Of a DNA stretch of 26,880 bases, positions 12,241-26,237 are shown piece after piece. Every line of letters starts with the position of its first letter. The stretch's first letter is position 1. The notes beneath the pieces were generated by a model. It did no database searches. It was not told where the DNA came from and worked only from the letters and a program-made list of their open reading frames with translations. Location of the stretch: contig MU057987.1 of the NCBI GenBank assembly GCA_013265495.1, positions 434,001-460,880 on the forward strand, in the 5' to 3' direction. This DNA is from Vicugna vicugna (taxonomy: Eukaryota). The position numbers were made by a program, and so were the translations under genes.

Positions 12241-12951
12241 CACATCTGCCTAAAAATATCAGTGGCTAATCCACATTCTTTTTAAAAAAATCACTATTAT
12301 AGAAACCCATCCCAAGGTTTCAGAGCAACGTAGTACCTCCTCCTCACAGAAATCTGTTTTTGTTCATCCAAACTGCAAAAATTATTGTATAATTGAATCC
12401 AAGTCTGCAAAAATAGGTATCTACAAAGGATAGGCTGATAACAGAAATCAAAGTGTGAATAAAAAGAAACCAACAATGATTGGAACATGCTTGCTGCTTG
12501 AAGAAGTCTCTGTTTAGTTTCCAACAATTGTTGCCATGTCAGAATGCAGGCTAGCTTTCCATTTTTTCAAGAGGATGGGGAGAACTAGAATTTTTGTGAA
12601 TTTATTCACAGTTTTTAAACTCTGCAAGCTGAATAAAGCACAGCCATGGACTTTTGATGAGCAGACCTCCCTGCGTATGAATTGTGACCATCAAGTGACC
12701 CAGAATCCCGCTTTCAGACGTGTCCCCAGACTGTCGGGGCTGGTAGCAGGGACTTTACCTGAGAGCTCAGAACCACCTCTGATGCAGAAGAAACTAGCCC
12801 AGAGCACATCTCTAAGATTCAAGAAATCAAAGTTGGAAAGTCAGAGTCCTCATGGCGCTGAACCGTGAAAAGTGGGGGGCCCAGGAGGTGCCGGGTCCTG
12901 TCACAAGTGACAGAGAAAAATATGTAGCCAATCGTGATGCTACCTTCATCT

Positions 12952-12968
12952 CAGCAGCAGCAGCAGCA
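12952..12968 (+). repeat. Short (CAG)5 trinucleotide repeat
   Basis: cagcagcagcagcagca read directly. It reads CTG on the CDH2 sense strand and is intronic. Confidence 0.85.
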
Positions 12969-15299
12969 AGTGTGGGATTCAGACGTGGTACCCAGTGGAT
13001 GACAAGGGCCAAGAATCCAAGAATGACCAAGAGATGGCGTGGTATCTTGAAGGAGCTACTCATACTTTCCGTCAGGACCAGCTCGGACCAGGCTCGGCGT
13101 GCATCTCGAACGAGTCGACTCTGCCTGCGGGGATGACAATCCTGCCCCTTAAGGCTGCCACGGCCCCCCTGAGCCACCGGCCCTGGTCGCAAGGACTCCA
13201 GTGTCCACTGAGCGTCATTTGAGAAACCTCCCGATGTGACAGGAGCTCCTTCCTTCACAGGCCCAGAGTCCCCCAGACAGCCCAGCGCCTTGAGAATGAA
13301 AAGTTTTCCAAGTTAAACTTTAAGAGCAGAGAAAACTGCTGTATGTCCCGCAGCCTACTTCAAAGAGGGGGGCTGCCTTCTTCCAATAAATTCAAATGAC
13401 ATTCTGAAAGGCACTGTTTGAATCGCCAGGCTGAGCCCAAGCTTTTGTCAAGGATGGTACATCTCATGGTAAAGATACCATCTTCTCTGGGCTCAGGCCC
13501 ACTGGGACCTAATCCCCGGGTCACCACTTTCTAACACTGGACTAGGGGAGGCTCAGATGACAGGACGGCTACAAAGCACTTGACACAGTGCCTACCGCAA
13601 GCACAGGGCGTCCCTCCCCCCAGACAGCAGCCTTCGCTATTATTAAGGAGAACGGAGCTGGGTAACATCAAGAGGTTGACGCAGTGGCTGTTTACAGTGA
13701 ACACCAGCGAGCGCCATAAATATAATACACACTCCATAAATGTTTGTTTAATATAAGAGGAGCAATTGTAATTAAGTCTGAGCTTTAAAGAGCAGGAAGC
13801 TAACAGTTTCTGTTTCCTGTCCTGGGGCTAGAAGGAGATGGTTCCAGGGGACGTGAGCTCTCAGTTGTGTATATTGTACATTCACCTTGATTTTATTAGT
13901 GATGCTGATACGGAAGGAACTAGATACGAAGATCATTAAAAGGGATACAGTGTCTGCAACCAGCCTCACTGGCCAAAAGGGCACTGAAGGACGTTTGCTA
14001 ACGAGGGTAATTAAACATGACTTGATAACCACCCACAGCCCCGCAGTGAAACAGATAAAGAAGGGCCCTCACCCTCTGAAAAGAGACCGGGCATTATACT
14101 GAGGCTGTCCAACTGCCAACAGCCCTGGGACGGGACAATGGTCCTGTTCAGAGCACGTCGCATGCCAATTTCAAATGTGGGCCCGACCTTGTCTCCTGAC
14201 AATCAAAGTCAGAGCAGGACGCCCACATGCGCTGAGAAAAAGGCTACCCTACACAAGACAAGAAAAAAGATACAGAGGTGGGGATTTTATTTTTTTATTT
14301 TTTTGGTTTGTTTGTTTTATTTTTCTTTTCTGAGGCCCTAGATTTTTAGCTATTTTGTTAAAGAAATTAGCAACCTGCTGTTTTGGCACAGAACTTAAGC
14401 AGAGATGCTTATCAACAGCCAGGAAGGTAAGGGCCATTCCTTGTAAAGGACTCTCTTGCTTTGTTTTCTTTCTAATCAGTTGGTTCCTCAAGGATGCTTT
14501 CTCTTGGCAGGAAGACTAGGAATCCTGGCTAGCCAGCTTTAGGCGAGGCATCGTAGCCTCCTGGGCACAGGAGCCTTTGCATGTAACCACAAGCATTCAC
14601 CAACTACCGAACCTGACCTCTAAGATCTACCCATGTTTTAAAGCTGATGATTCTGTAAGACTGCATGGCTGAGACGGCCAGCAGCCATGGCCTGACGCTG
14701 ACCGGCTGTGTCTGCCTCCTACGGTACAGTCTCCAACTACATCTAGAGGTAACACCCATGCTCCGTACAATACCAGAAGGGTCTAATAAAAATCGACTAA
14801 AACTTGTCTAGAATGTGACATGGCACCAATTCCATTTCAGAGGCTCACTCTTGTAAAGAAATAATGTCTTCTTAAAAAAATAAAAAAGTATTAAAAAAGT
14901 ATGAGCCAGAGTCTGTTGCCAAAAAGGCTTAATGCACACTGCAAGGAAAGAGAATTTCTAACAGGGAGCCACGTGTGCATTATGGTCAATAGCATACAGT
15001 GTATTTCATAAAACTGAATGTCTCAGGAACTGACTATGATTTCAAGATTTAAAAGCACTGGCATCTTATTTAGAAAATAGAGAAGCATTTGGAATAAATT
15101 CACTTAGAAAGTAAGAGTACCGAGTAAAGGGTTTCTTTCTGTAAAGGAAAAAAAAAGTAAGTAATAAAGTCAACTTAAAAAAAAATCTTGATGAATTCAG
15201 CTGGAGAAATCATCCTAACAGAAATGAAGCTATATTAGAAAACTATGAGACCAGCAGGACAAACAGTACAGCGCAGAGCGTCCCGAACCCACCCGCGGA

Positions 15300-16500
15300 C
15301 CTGCACGTGTATAACCACCTGCTTTATGACCAATAAACCACTGCAATGCAGTCATCTTTTTAAGGGTTATCTTTTTTTTTAACAAACAGTGCTGGATAGC
15401 CACATAGGCAAAAACAAAAGGAGATCCCTGCACCTTATCTTATACTGTGTGAATAGTTCATTACAGACAGATCACAGACTTCACGTGATAGGTGAAACCA
15501 TAAAGCTTCAAGAAGAGAAGTTTTTTTTTTTTTTAGGAAGGGGGATTCATTAACTCAGGGTACTTTTCTTAAATAGGTATAAATGCACTATCTATAATGG
15601 AAAAAATGGATAAATTGGACTTCATTAAAATGAAAAAACTTCTGTTCATCATAAGGTACTGTTAAGAGAATAAAGAAGCAGCTACAGAATAGAAGAGATT
15701 GACAATACATTTATCTGACCAAGAACTGATATCCGTAATATATAAGGACCTCCTACAAATCAATAAGAAAAAGACAGACAGACCAATAGAAAAGTAAGCC
15801 AATAAGCGGAACAGAAACTTCACAAGGAAGATATCAAAATGGCAAGTAAGTCGGTAGGAACATCCCGATTAAGTCATAATGAGGCACTCGCCATCAGAGG
15901 GGCTGAACTTCTTAGACTGAAAACCGCCAAGTGCCAATGAGGATGCAGGGCAACTGGAACGCTCACGTATGTCTGTGGTCAGGGCAGGTGTGAATGGGTA
16001 CAGTCACTCTGGAAAACAGGCAGGATTGTACAAAGCTTGTACATAAGCACATTCGAGGACCCAGAGATTCGATCCCTGTGCACCGTACCAACAGAAATGC
16101 CCCAAAACACACCCACAAGAACTTTCATACCAGTTTTGCTCATAAGGACTTGAGTGGATCAGCTCTAATGTCCTAGTGTAGTAAAATGGATAAATAAAAT
16201 GTGGTTAGCTCGTACATATGAACAGTATTCGGCAAGGACAAAAAAAGTACTACTTCTAGATACAGCATGGATGAATCTTACAGATAGAATGCTGAGTAAA
16301 AGAAACCAGAAAAATACCTACTGTATGACATCCATTTTTACAATAAAATCCCAAACCAGGTAATGCCAGTCTATGGTGATAGAAATAGAAAACCCAGGGT
16401 ACTTCTGACAGAGGGCATCCTGCCTGGCAGCGGGTACGAGGGAAGCCTCGGATGAGATGGAAATGTGCTTTGTGGACATGAGTGGTGGTTATACTCTTAA
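15300..16500 (+). mobile_element. Old L1M-type LINE (ORF2 3' remnant plus 3' UTR), antisense to CDH2
   Basis: Motifs 'gataaattggacttcattaaaatgaaaaaacttctg', 'tccgtaatatataaggacctcctacaaatcaataagaaaaagaca', 'ggagatgcagggcaactggaac'-like and 'cagcatggatgaatcttacag...atgctgagtaaaagaaaccaga' are collinear with L1MC/MD/ME consensus. There is no intact ORF. Confidence 0.85.
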
Positions 16501-17199
16501 GCCTGGAGGAAGCCTTCTGTGTCTGGTTGGGAACAGAGAAAATCGTGAGATTCTCATTTGCACACTGATGACAGGAACAAGGCAGACAGGTCACTAACTC
16601 ACCGACTTCTGAGGCCATCAGATAGCTGAGGACACAAGGAGACCTAACTGGATGAAAATAAAGAATGTGACAAGCCCTTTCTAGGACAAAAAAGACCCAC
16701 AGCGGCTCTTATCCCAGGACGAGGAGTGAGAAGGAGAGAGTCATTAAATGGTAAAAGGACAAATCACCCTGACTTTGAAAAAACGTTAGTGGCCATGAGC
16801 GACAGTGACCTAAGTTAAGGCAGTGGCCTTGAAGATGGTGCAAGTGAACGGATTTCATGGGCCACTTTAGAGAGGGAGGAGACAGAACCCCAGGTGCAGG
16901 TACAGTATTCCCACACTTCATATTTTATTCCTCCGTTACGAGGTAAAAATTAGAATGAATAAAAAGCCCATTATGTAATTTTGTCACAATTTTCAATAAT
17001 GAGACCTGCAAATGGAAATCATTTACAGGATCAGAGATGGGCGGAAGCTCTTGCTCTAGACTAAAATGCCATCAAGGAAGCAAAAGTCTACAATACGATG
17101 TCACTGGAAGACCAGTACTAAAGGAATAAATGAGTCACTGAGGTCAATACAGAGAAAGTTCCAGAAAAATCTTTGGACTCTCAAGAAAGTGGGTAGGGA

Positions 17200-17319
17200 G
17201 GGGAGGGCACCACTCAGTGGTAGAGCATGTGCTTAGCATGCACAAGGTCCTGGGTTCAATCCCCAGCACCTTCATTAAAAAAAATTACACCCCCACTCCC
17301 CCCACAAAAAACTACCAAA
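17200..17319 (+). mobile_element. tRNA-derived SINE, camelid vic-1-like, with target-site duplication
   Basis: GGGGAGGGCACCACTCAGTGGTAGAGCATGTGCTTAGCATGCACAAGGTCCTGGGTTCAATCCCCAGCACC plus an A/C-rich tail. TSD AAAGTGGGTAGG occurs at 17186-17197 and 17320-17331. Clearly the same family as 4857-5002. Confidence 0.9.
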
Positions 17320-17504
17320 AAAGTGGGTAGGAAGCAACAGGTTCATGCCCAAGAGTTAATCCGGGAGCAAAGAAAACTTTCAGGTCAGGGAAAGAAGAGG
17401 CTGAAGATTTATGATGATAATTTTAATAAATCTTGCACTAGGTAAGTTTCACCATTTGGTCTCAAGCATCCATCGAAGTGGAGAAACTCAATAAAGAAAG
17501 TAAG

Positions 17505-17714
17505 AGACTGGGATTTCAAAATTGTAGAATAGATAAACAAGATTACACTGTATAGCACAGGGAAATATACACAAAATGTTATGATAAATCACAGAGGAAA
17601 AAATGTGACAATGAGTGTGTATATGTCCATGAATGACTGAAAAATTGTGCTGAACACTGGAATTTGACACAACACTGTAAAATGATTATGAATCAATAAA
17701 AAATGTAAAAAAAA
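17505..17714 (+). mobile_element. 5'-truncated young L1 3' end (artiodactyl/camelid type) with poly(A) and TSD
   Basis: Contains ACTGTATAGCACAGGG (17547-17562), AATAAA (17695-17700) and an A tail. The 12-bp TSD AAAGAAAGTAAG is perfect (17493-17504 and 17715-17726). Confidence 0.88.
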
Positions 17715-18259
17715 AAAGAAAGTAAGTCTTTCCTAAAATAACTACAACAATAAAACTTCATTAAAGAATTTCTTAAAGGAATTGGTGGGGAGGAGAAAGG
17801 CAGATCAGGTGACAGCGGGTGCCCTGGTCTAGACCCTTGGATGCTGAGAAGTACCTTGGTTCTTGATTCTATCCAGCATCCCGTTATGCACGGTGTCCTG
17901 TCCTTCTAGTCATTACTATGTTTACCAAAGCTTCATTGAGCTGGGTTGAGGTTTATGCTTAGAAAATTAGGCACAATGACATGAAAACTAAAATGCTGAA
18001 GGAAGATTTATGAGATAATGTGCTGAGTATAACGTTTGCTGATGTTGAACACAGCTCAGGAAAGTGAAAGGATAGATTAACGAGGGATTAAGCCAAACAT
18101 GAATTTTAATATCCAAAGACATTTATAAGCAAGAAACCCTGGGGTATATTTATAGAGCCACTTTAATTAGTCAGTATTCAAAACAGCTTTACGCACGAGT
18201 CAAGTTTTCAACAGATCTTAAATCTGCATCTCTTCTAAATGAGGGAGTTGAGGTACTGT

Positions 18260-18440
18260 AAACCTAGCACGGAGTCGGAGATGCGGGCTTGAGTTCTGAC
18301 TCTGCCAGTTACAAACTCTGAGAGCAAAGCACGAAATCTGCTCAAACGGAAAATGGGAATCTCTTAACGGGCCCTCACAAAGACAGAACACAACAATGGA
18401 TGTGAGTGTGCTTTGTAAAGCAGAATGCGATACGTTATTT
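18260..18440 (+). mobile_element. MIR-family fragment (diverged)
   Basis: 'ttgagttctgactctgccagttac...gaaaatgggaat...gtgagtgtgctttgtaaag'. Confidence 0.5.
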
Positions 18441-18604
18441 CCTCCAAGGAGTGAAAAAGAGAAAGAGAACATACGTTCAAGAATTTTGCTCTTTTTCAAG
18501 TTAGTCTGTGGGAATGACAGGGCTATCAAATGAATCAAAGAAACATGTGTCACAGTGATTTCTTGTGGATTATACAGATGTCTTCCCAGATAGTTAACTG
18601 CACC

Positions 18605-18850
18605 AGAGTAGCTAGTTTAGGCTGTAACAACAGACAGACCTGGATTCAAATCCTGCCTCTGCCACTCCCTAGCTGTCTGAGTTTATCGACGCCTACCATC
18701 CATAGGCTGTTTCTTAACACAAACGTGGAGACAGTCGCAGCCCAGTCTCACAGGTTTCAAAGATTTAAGGGATAACGGCATTTAATGTACTTATAGCAGA
18801 ACGCCGCGTACAGAGCACGGACTTCATAAACGTGAGCTATTCTGATATCT
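18605..18850 (+). mobile_element. MIR SINE
   Basis: 'cagacagacctggattcaaatcctgcctctgccactccctagctgt', with a 3' end 'ataaacgtgagctatt'. Confidence 0.75.
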
Positions 18851-18984
18851 AAGACACTGCTTCCGAGCAGATAAAGTTCTTCTTTTTCCACCTATTGGTC
18901 ATTCCGGTCCTTGAATGGGGATGCAGCTCCTTATGCACAAAGTGATACGGAAGCTCATATTATTTATTTTACAGCCAGCCGGGA

Positions 18985-19205
18985 ACTGCAACATTGACTG
19001 AGCAACTGTATGAGCTCGTCACCATGAAAAAACACTTACGGATACAGAGATGACCTAGACATTGTCTCTAAGGTCAAGTATTTCTCAAGAACGTAATATT
19101 CGCGAGGGCAAACCTTTGTGGGCTCTGCCCATCTCTGTGTCCCCAGTGACTACCACAGTGCCTGGGAATAATGACTTTTCTTGGTAAATGTCTCTGAAAT
19201 AAATA
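18985..19205. mobile_element. Two opposed L2 3'-end fragments
   Basis: 'caacattgactgagcaactgtatg...gatacagagatgac' (reverse) and 'tctctgtgtccccagtgactaccacagtgcctgggaa...gtaaatgtctctgaa' (forward) resemble L2 termini. Confidence 0.5.
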
Positions 19206-19598
19206 GTCTAGTGCTTTTTCTGCCATACATGCACAATTCCAAATTCCAACACAGAAACTACTTTTACTTGTATTTTGAATAGCCAATGAAGGAAAAACTG
19301 TAAAAGAAAAACATTTTTATTAGTACACATCTAATTGGCATTAGGTGTCAACCCTAGGCTCCTTGAAATAGCATCCATGATTTTCTTGCAGGACAAATAC
19401 AGTGACATTCGGTACTCTGAAAAAAAAAATTCAAGAAATATGCAGCACAGGTTGGAAAAAATTCACCAAGCGTTAGATAGTGTGATAAAGGAAAAGAAAC
19501 TTGATACCATCGCCCTCTGACTCCATGTATTCATATTTTCTCACGATGCTAATTGTATGATCATAAAATTCCACTTAAAGATCTAAACTATTGCTTAC

Positions 19599-19738
19599 CT
19601 GGTCTTCTTCTCCTCCACCTTCTTCGTCATATTTTAAAATATTATCTCTTACATCATCCTCTGGATCAATTAAAAGCTGTTTGGCCTGACGTTCTTTATC
19701 CCGACGCTTCATCCATACCACAAACATCAGAACGAGGA
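19599..19738 (-). CDS. CDH2: N-cadherin coding exon (approx. exon 14), 140 bp, phase 1-0, end of TM helix and juxtamembrane p120-binding core
   Basis: Encodes (I)[46 protein letters not shown], with the [10 protein letters not shown] motif of classical cadherins. Acceptor is ttttcctgcctag|TC and donor is CCAG|gtaagc. Confidence 0.98.
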
Positions 19739-22445
<2,707 letters not shown>

Positions 22446-22595
22446 TTAAAAGGGGAAAACATTACAAACCGATGCTACACAATTCTTTCCCTTTGAGTCT
22501 CAATTACGGTGAAACTCGCCAAGCTCTAGCTTTCTGACCTTGGAAAAATCTAGCTGGCACAGCACCTAAGCGGTCTGCTTTTCTCTTCTTTTCTA

Positions 22596-22790
22596 GACGA
22601 CCCCCGTGGTGCCCCGAATGGGTCCGCGGGTGCTGAGGGCGGTGACAACGCGCACGCGCACGCCCCTGGGTCGGGGCCAAGCACAGCTCGGCGGCTTCCT
22701 GACACTCGCTCTTCTTCCTCTGCGCGCCACGCCGCGGGGGATGTCGGAGACGCACAACACCGTGCCCACGATCTCCCGGACCCTACTCTT
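22596..22790. promoter_or_regulatory. Small intragenic CpG-dense, GC-rich segment (mini CpG island)
   Basis: About 25 CpG dinucleotides counted by hand in 195 bp, against a CpG-poor intronic background. The composition is certain, but a regulatory role is inferred. Confidence 0.55.
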
Positions 22791-23186
22791 TGATGGTGAA
22801 CCAAGACATGCGCATGAAAGAACCTGCCTGCTTTTCAAGCTCAGGCACAGCTCGGAAATACTGCAACAGTCTACGGGAGAAGTGCTACAGACCCCAGACC
22901 TCATCCTGGGAAGGAGCGCCATGGAGAAGAGACGTATTCATTGATCAACCAGCCACTCCTTGAGAAAGGGCTAGGCTGCTCTGTATACGTTATTTCAGTT
23001 GTCATCCTATGAAGTAGATTGAATAGACAGTAACCTACGGCTCTGTAAAGTGGGCGTGGCCTCACCCTCTTAGAAGCGGTGGGGTTGCTAGGAAAGACGG
23101 GTCTTTCTCACCCCAAACCCATTCTCATTCCACCACCAAATGCTGTCTCTACCACTTCTTGTGCTAATTTAGCCTGATGTTATTCT

Positions 23187-23223
23187 TATTATATTATATT
23201 ATATTATATTATATTATATTATA
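23187..23223. repeat. (ATATT)n pentanucleotide microsatellite, about 7 units, followed by an AT-rich low-complexity tract to about 23370
   Basis: Perfect (ATATT)6 at 23191-23220 with partial flanking units. Confidence 0.92.
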
Positions 23224-23619
23224 TATAGCCTCTGCTATATTATAAAAATTTATAAGGATATATATAATGGAAATATGATTATAAACATATATATATAATT
23301 GTATTAATTTAAATATATAACATGATATAATTAAATTTAGTTAAATAACGTACATATTATATAAATGTAATAGAACAGAAATGTAAGACTTTTCTAAATA
23401 AGGCTGAGACCCAGTGGTTTAAGTGACTTTGCCAAAGGTCATGCAACTAGGGAGGTGCACACATCCACGCCTGAGAGGGACAACCAGAAAGCTCCACGGA
23501 CCTCTCTGAGGAAGATGGATGGCTATGAGAGAGGGGAGGTTAAGGTGGAGGGGTGGGGCGGCTGTTCATAATATTCTAATACCACTGGGACCCCCTGTGA
23601 TTCTCCATAGTCTGAATTA

Positions 23620-23820
23620 CTTTCACATTTATTATCACATTGAATATTATCTGACTCTCATAACAACTGCATAAAATAGCAAGCAGCAAAAACAATTTAT
23701 CAATAAGGAAACAAAGGCCCCGAGACTATATAACAGCTTGCCCAGTCACTAAAGGAGCAGACTTGGGGCTCCGAATCCAGCCTTGCGACTTACAGTCAAG
23801 TGTGTTTGCAAAGCATCACA
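23620..23820 (-). mobile_element. MIR SINE (diverged)
   Basis: 'tattatctgactctcataacaactgc...ataaggaaacaaaggccccgag...cttgccc'. Confidence 0.55.
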
Positions 23821-24394
23821 GCTACATGGATTTAACCGCTCTCTTCTCTCTCATATTAAACACCTTTCAATTAGAAAACAATCCACCTCAGTGAATGAAA
23901 AATCTGGTTGTAACTCACCACCAACATATATACGTGTAATTTGATAGCTCTTTAAATCTCAACATAAGGGTGCAAGATATATTGCTTTAAGTTTCACTGT
24001 GGGGAAAGCTACCACTTACATATGGCAAGAAAGCATAAAACAGACACTAATGCTGTGCTTTGATGTGAAATGGGGCAGAAGCCGTTCCCACCAAGTTTCA
24101 AGCCTACATCTTTGAACAGTAGGTCTTATATTAGAAAGGATAAGAAATATTGCTTTGGTCCTGTCACCTCGTAGATTTATGACAGATAATGATCTCATTG
24201 AATCTTATTATACAGGATTCGGAAAGCTTCTTTGACTCTGTTCTTATCAAAAGTGTTGATAGGCCAACATTTTTCAAACTGCACGTCTCGGCCACCAAAC
24301 AGAAAAGCCGGCTATTTTTATTAGATGCTAACATTCATAGTCCAGTACTGAAACAGTTTTAAAATAGGGTTGCAATTCAGTTTTCAAACTATTA

Positions 24395-24660
24395 ACACAT
24401 AATAGAAATATTTATTTGAGTGTTTAGTTTGTGTCAGGCACTGTTTTAAAAGCTTTACAGATCCAAGTCATTTTATCTTCTCCTGTACACTGTGAGTTAA
24501 GGATACTGCTACCATTATGCTTATTTAACAGAAAAAAGAAATGGGCAGATTTAAAACTTTGTGGCCAGGCTTGCAGTTAAAAAGTGGTTAGAGCTGGAGT
24601 TTGAGCCCAGGAGGTCAGGTACAGTCTCAAAGCTTTAGTCTTAGACCACATCATACTGAG
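24395..24660 (-). mobile_element. MIR SINE, near full length
   Basis: 'atttatttgagtgtttagtttgtgtcaggcactgttttaaaagctttaca...tcattttatcttctc...gagctggagtttgagcccagg'. Confidence 0.7.
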
Positions 24661-25293
24661 AGCTAAACCAAGTCCAAAACCAGGTTTACATAAGTCATTT
24701 TTATCTTATATATTTAAAAAACAGTGCTATCTATTCATCTCAGCCATTTAGAATCCAGCAGAGACCTCCAAAGGAAAAAAAAAGTGCTAAACTATGTTTC
24801 AAAACCAACATACTAAAAGCTCGTGGACTCAATTATTTCAATTTATGCACGAAATTAAGAGTTTCCTGGCCCATGGCAGATTAGAGGCAGAGAATTAGAA
24901 AGAGGAAAAATGCTGGAGACAGACAAATTTATGGCAGCAAATACATTGACTAGAAGCAGTATAAAAAGGCCACCTTGAAACACACAGTGTCTGGGCCAGT
25001 GAGGCATCGAGGTGCAGCAGGGCAGAGAAATCACAAAGGCTTGTGACCACAATACTAGACAGACTGCCATGGAGAGTGTAAGGACACTGGGAACATTCAT
25101 TACAGAAGACAGAGAACATATCATGGAAAGCCCAGCGGGAACAGAAAATAGGAACTGGGGCCTTAGAGGAATGAAGGTCAGTTTTCGAGACAATTGGGTT
25201 TCGTAGAAAACCTCATTTCCTGATGGTGCGTTCCTGATGAGGAACATGTCACTTTAACAACATCTAGGATAATACAGTGACTGCATTCAATTA

Positions 25294-25464
<171 letters not shown>

Positions 25465-26003
25465 TTAAATTTTTCTGACACAAAACTTAATAAATAAAAC
25501 CTCTTTTACAGGTTTGGTTCCAAATGCAACCAGCTCATTAACGTGCATTTTTGTAGATGACGGTTGGACGGACAGCTTTTACGTGGGCAAGTGTTTCTGT
25601 GCCAGTGGTGTGAGGAGGCCCGTGAAGGTTATGTGCTGCAGGAGCAGACATGTGGTAGACAGCAGATAGGAGCTGGAGGGGAAAGATCAGGAGCCCAGTC
25701 TCTTTACTGTGTGTTGGGATTAAGGCAGATTTGACAGGTCGCATTTTAAGCTCTTAACTAGTTCAAAGGACAAGACAGCAATGATGTAGATAAGATAGCT
25801 CAAATATACCACCTAAATGAGCATTAGCCCTAATGTACAGGACTTATGAGACATTATAAGAAAGGTTGAATTTTCTACCATGGGACACTTCCAAAATGTT
25901 TGCCACCTTCTCCTAGTGGAGATGAGGTCACAGCGGGGAGACGCCCATCACCTCATTCCTACGAGGATTTCCCACCTGGACTAAGCCTCAGAATTACACT
26001 CTT

Positions 26004-26237
26004 CATAAAATGTGGGTTCGAGATTTGCAGATACTAACTACTATGTATAAAATAGGTAAACAACAAGGTCCTACTGTATAGCACAGGGGACTATATTCAA
26101 TAGCTTGTAGTAACCTCTAATGAAAAAGAATATGAAAAGGAACACGTTTATGTATATGTATGGCTGAAACTTTATGTTGTACACCAGAAATTGACACACT
26201 GTAAACTGACTACACTTCAATAAAAAAAAAGAAAAAA
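26004..26237 (+). mobile_element. 5'-truncated L1 3' end (artiodactyl type) with poly(A) and TSD
   Basis: Contains 'aaacaacaaggtcctactgtatagcacagggg-actatattcaa', AATAAA (26219-26224) and an A tail. TSD is AGAATTACACTCTT (25990-26003) and AGAATTATACTCTT (26238-26251). Confidence 0.88.

Noticed and set aside
12827..13258. 143-aa (-) ORF and overlapping + ORFs with a poly-Ala run
   Set aside because: The poly-Ala is just the (CAG)5 repeat. There is no recognisable homology and no poly(A)/TSD to suggest a retrocopy.
4163..17137. Four TGAGTCA AP-1 sites (4163, 7626, 10468, 17131)
   Set aside because: About three are expected by chance in 27 kb on two strands, so there is no enrichment.
17200..17271. 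Possible tRNA gene (also 4930-5002)
   Set aside because: It has A/B boxes but is followed by an A-rich tail and flanked by TSDs, so it is a tRNA-derived SINE rather than a tRNA gene.
22504..22944. Four stacked ORFs of 83-112 aa
   Set aside because: High GC depletes stop codons here, and the Arg/Ala/Pro-rich translations show no protein signature.
23530..23560. G-rich tract as a G-quadruplex (also 519-551)
   Set aside because: One has only three G3+ runs and the other needs a 14-nt loop, so both are weak candidates.
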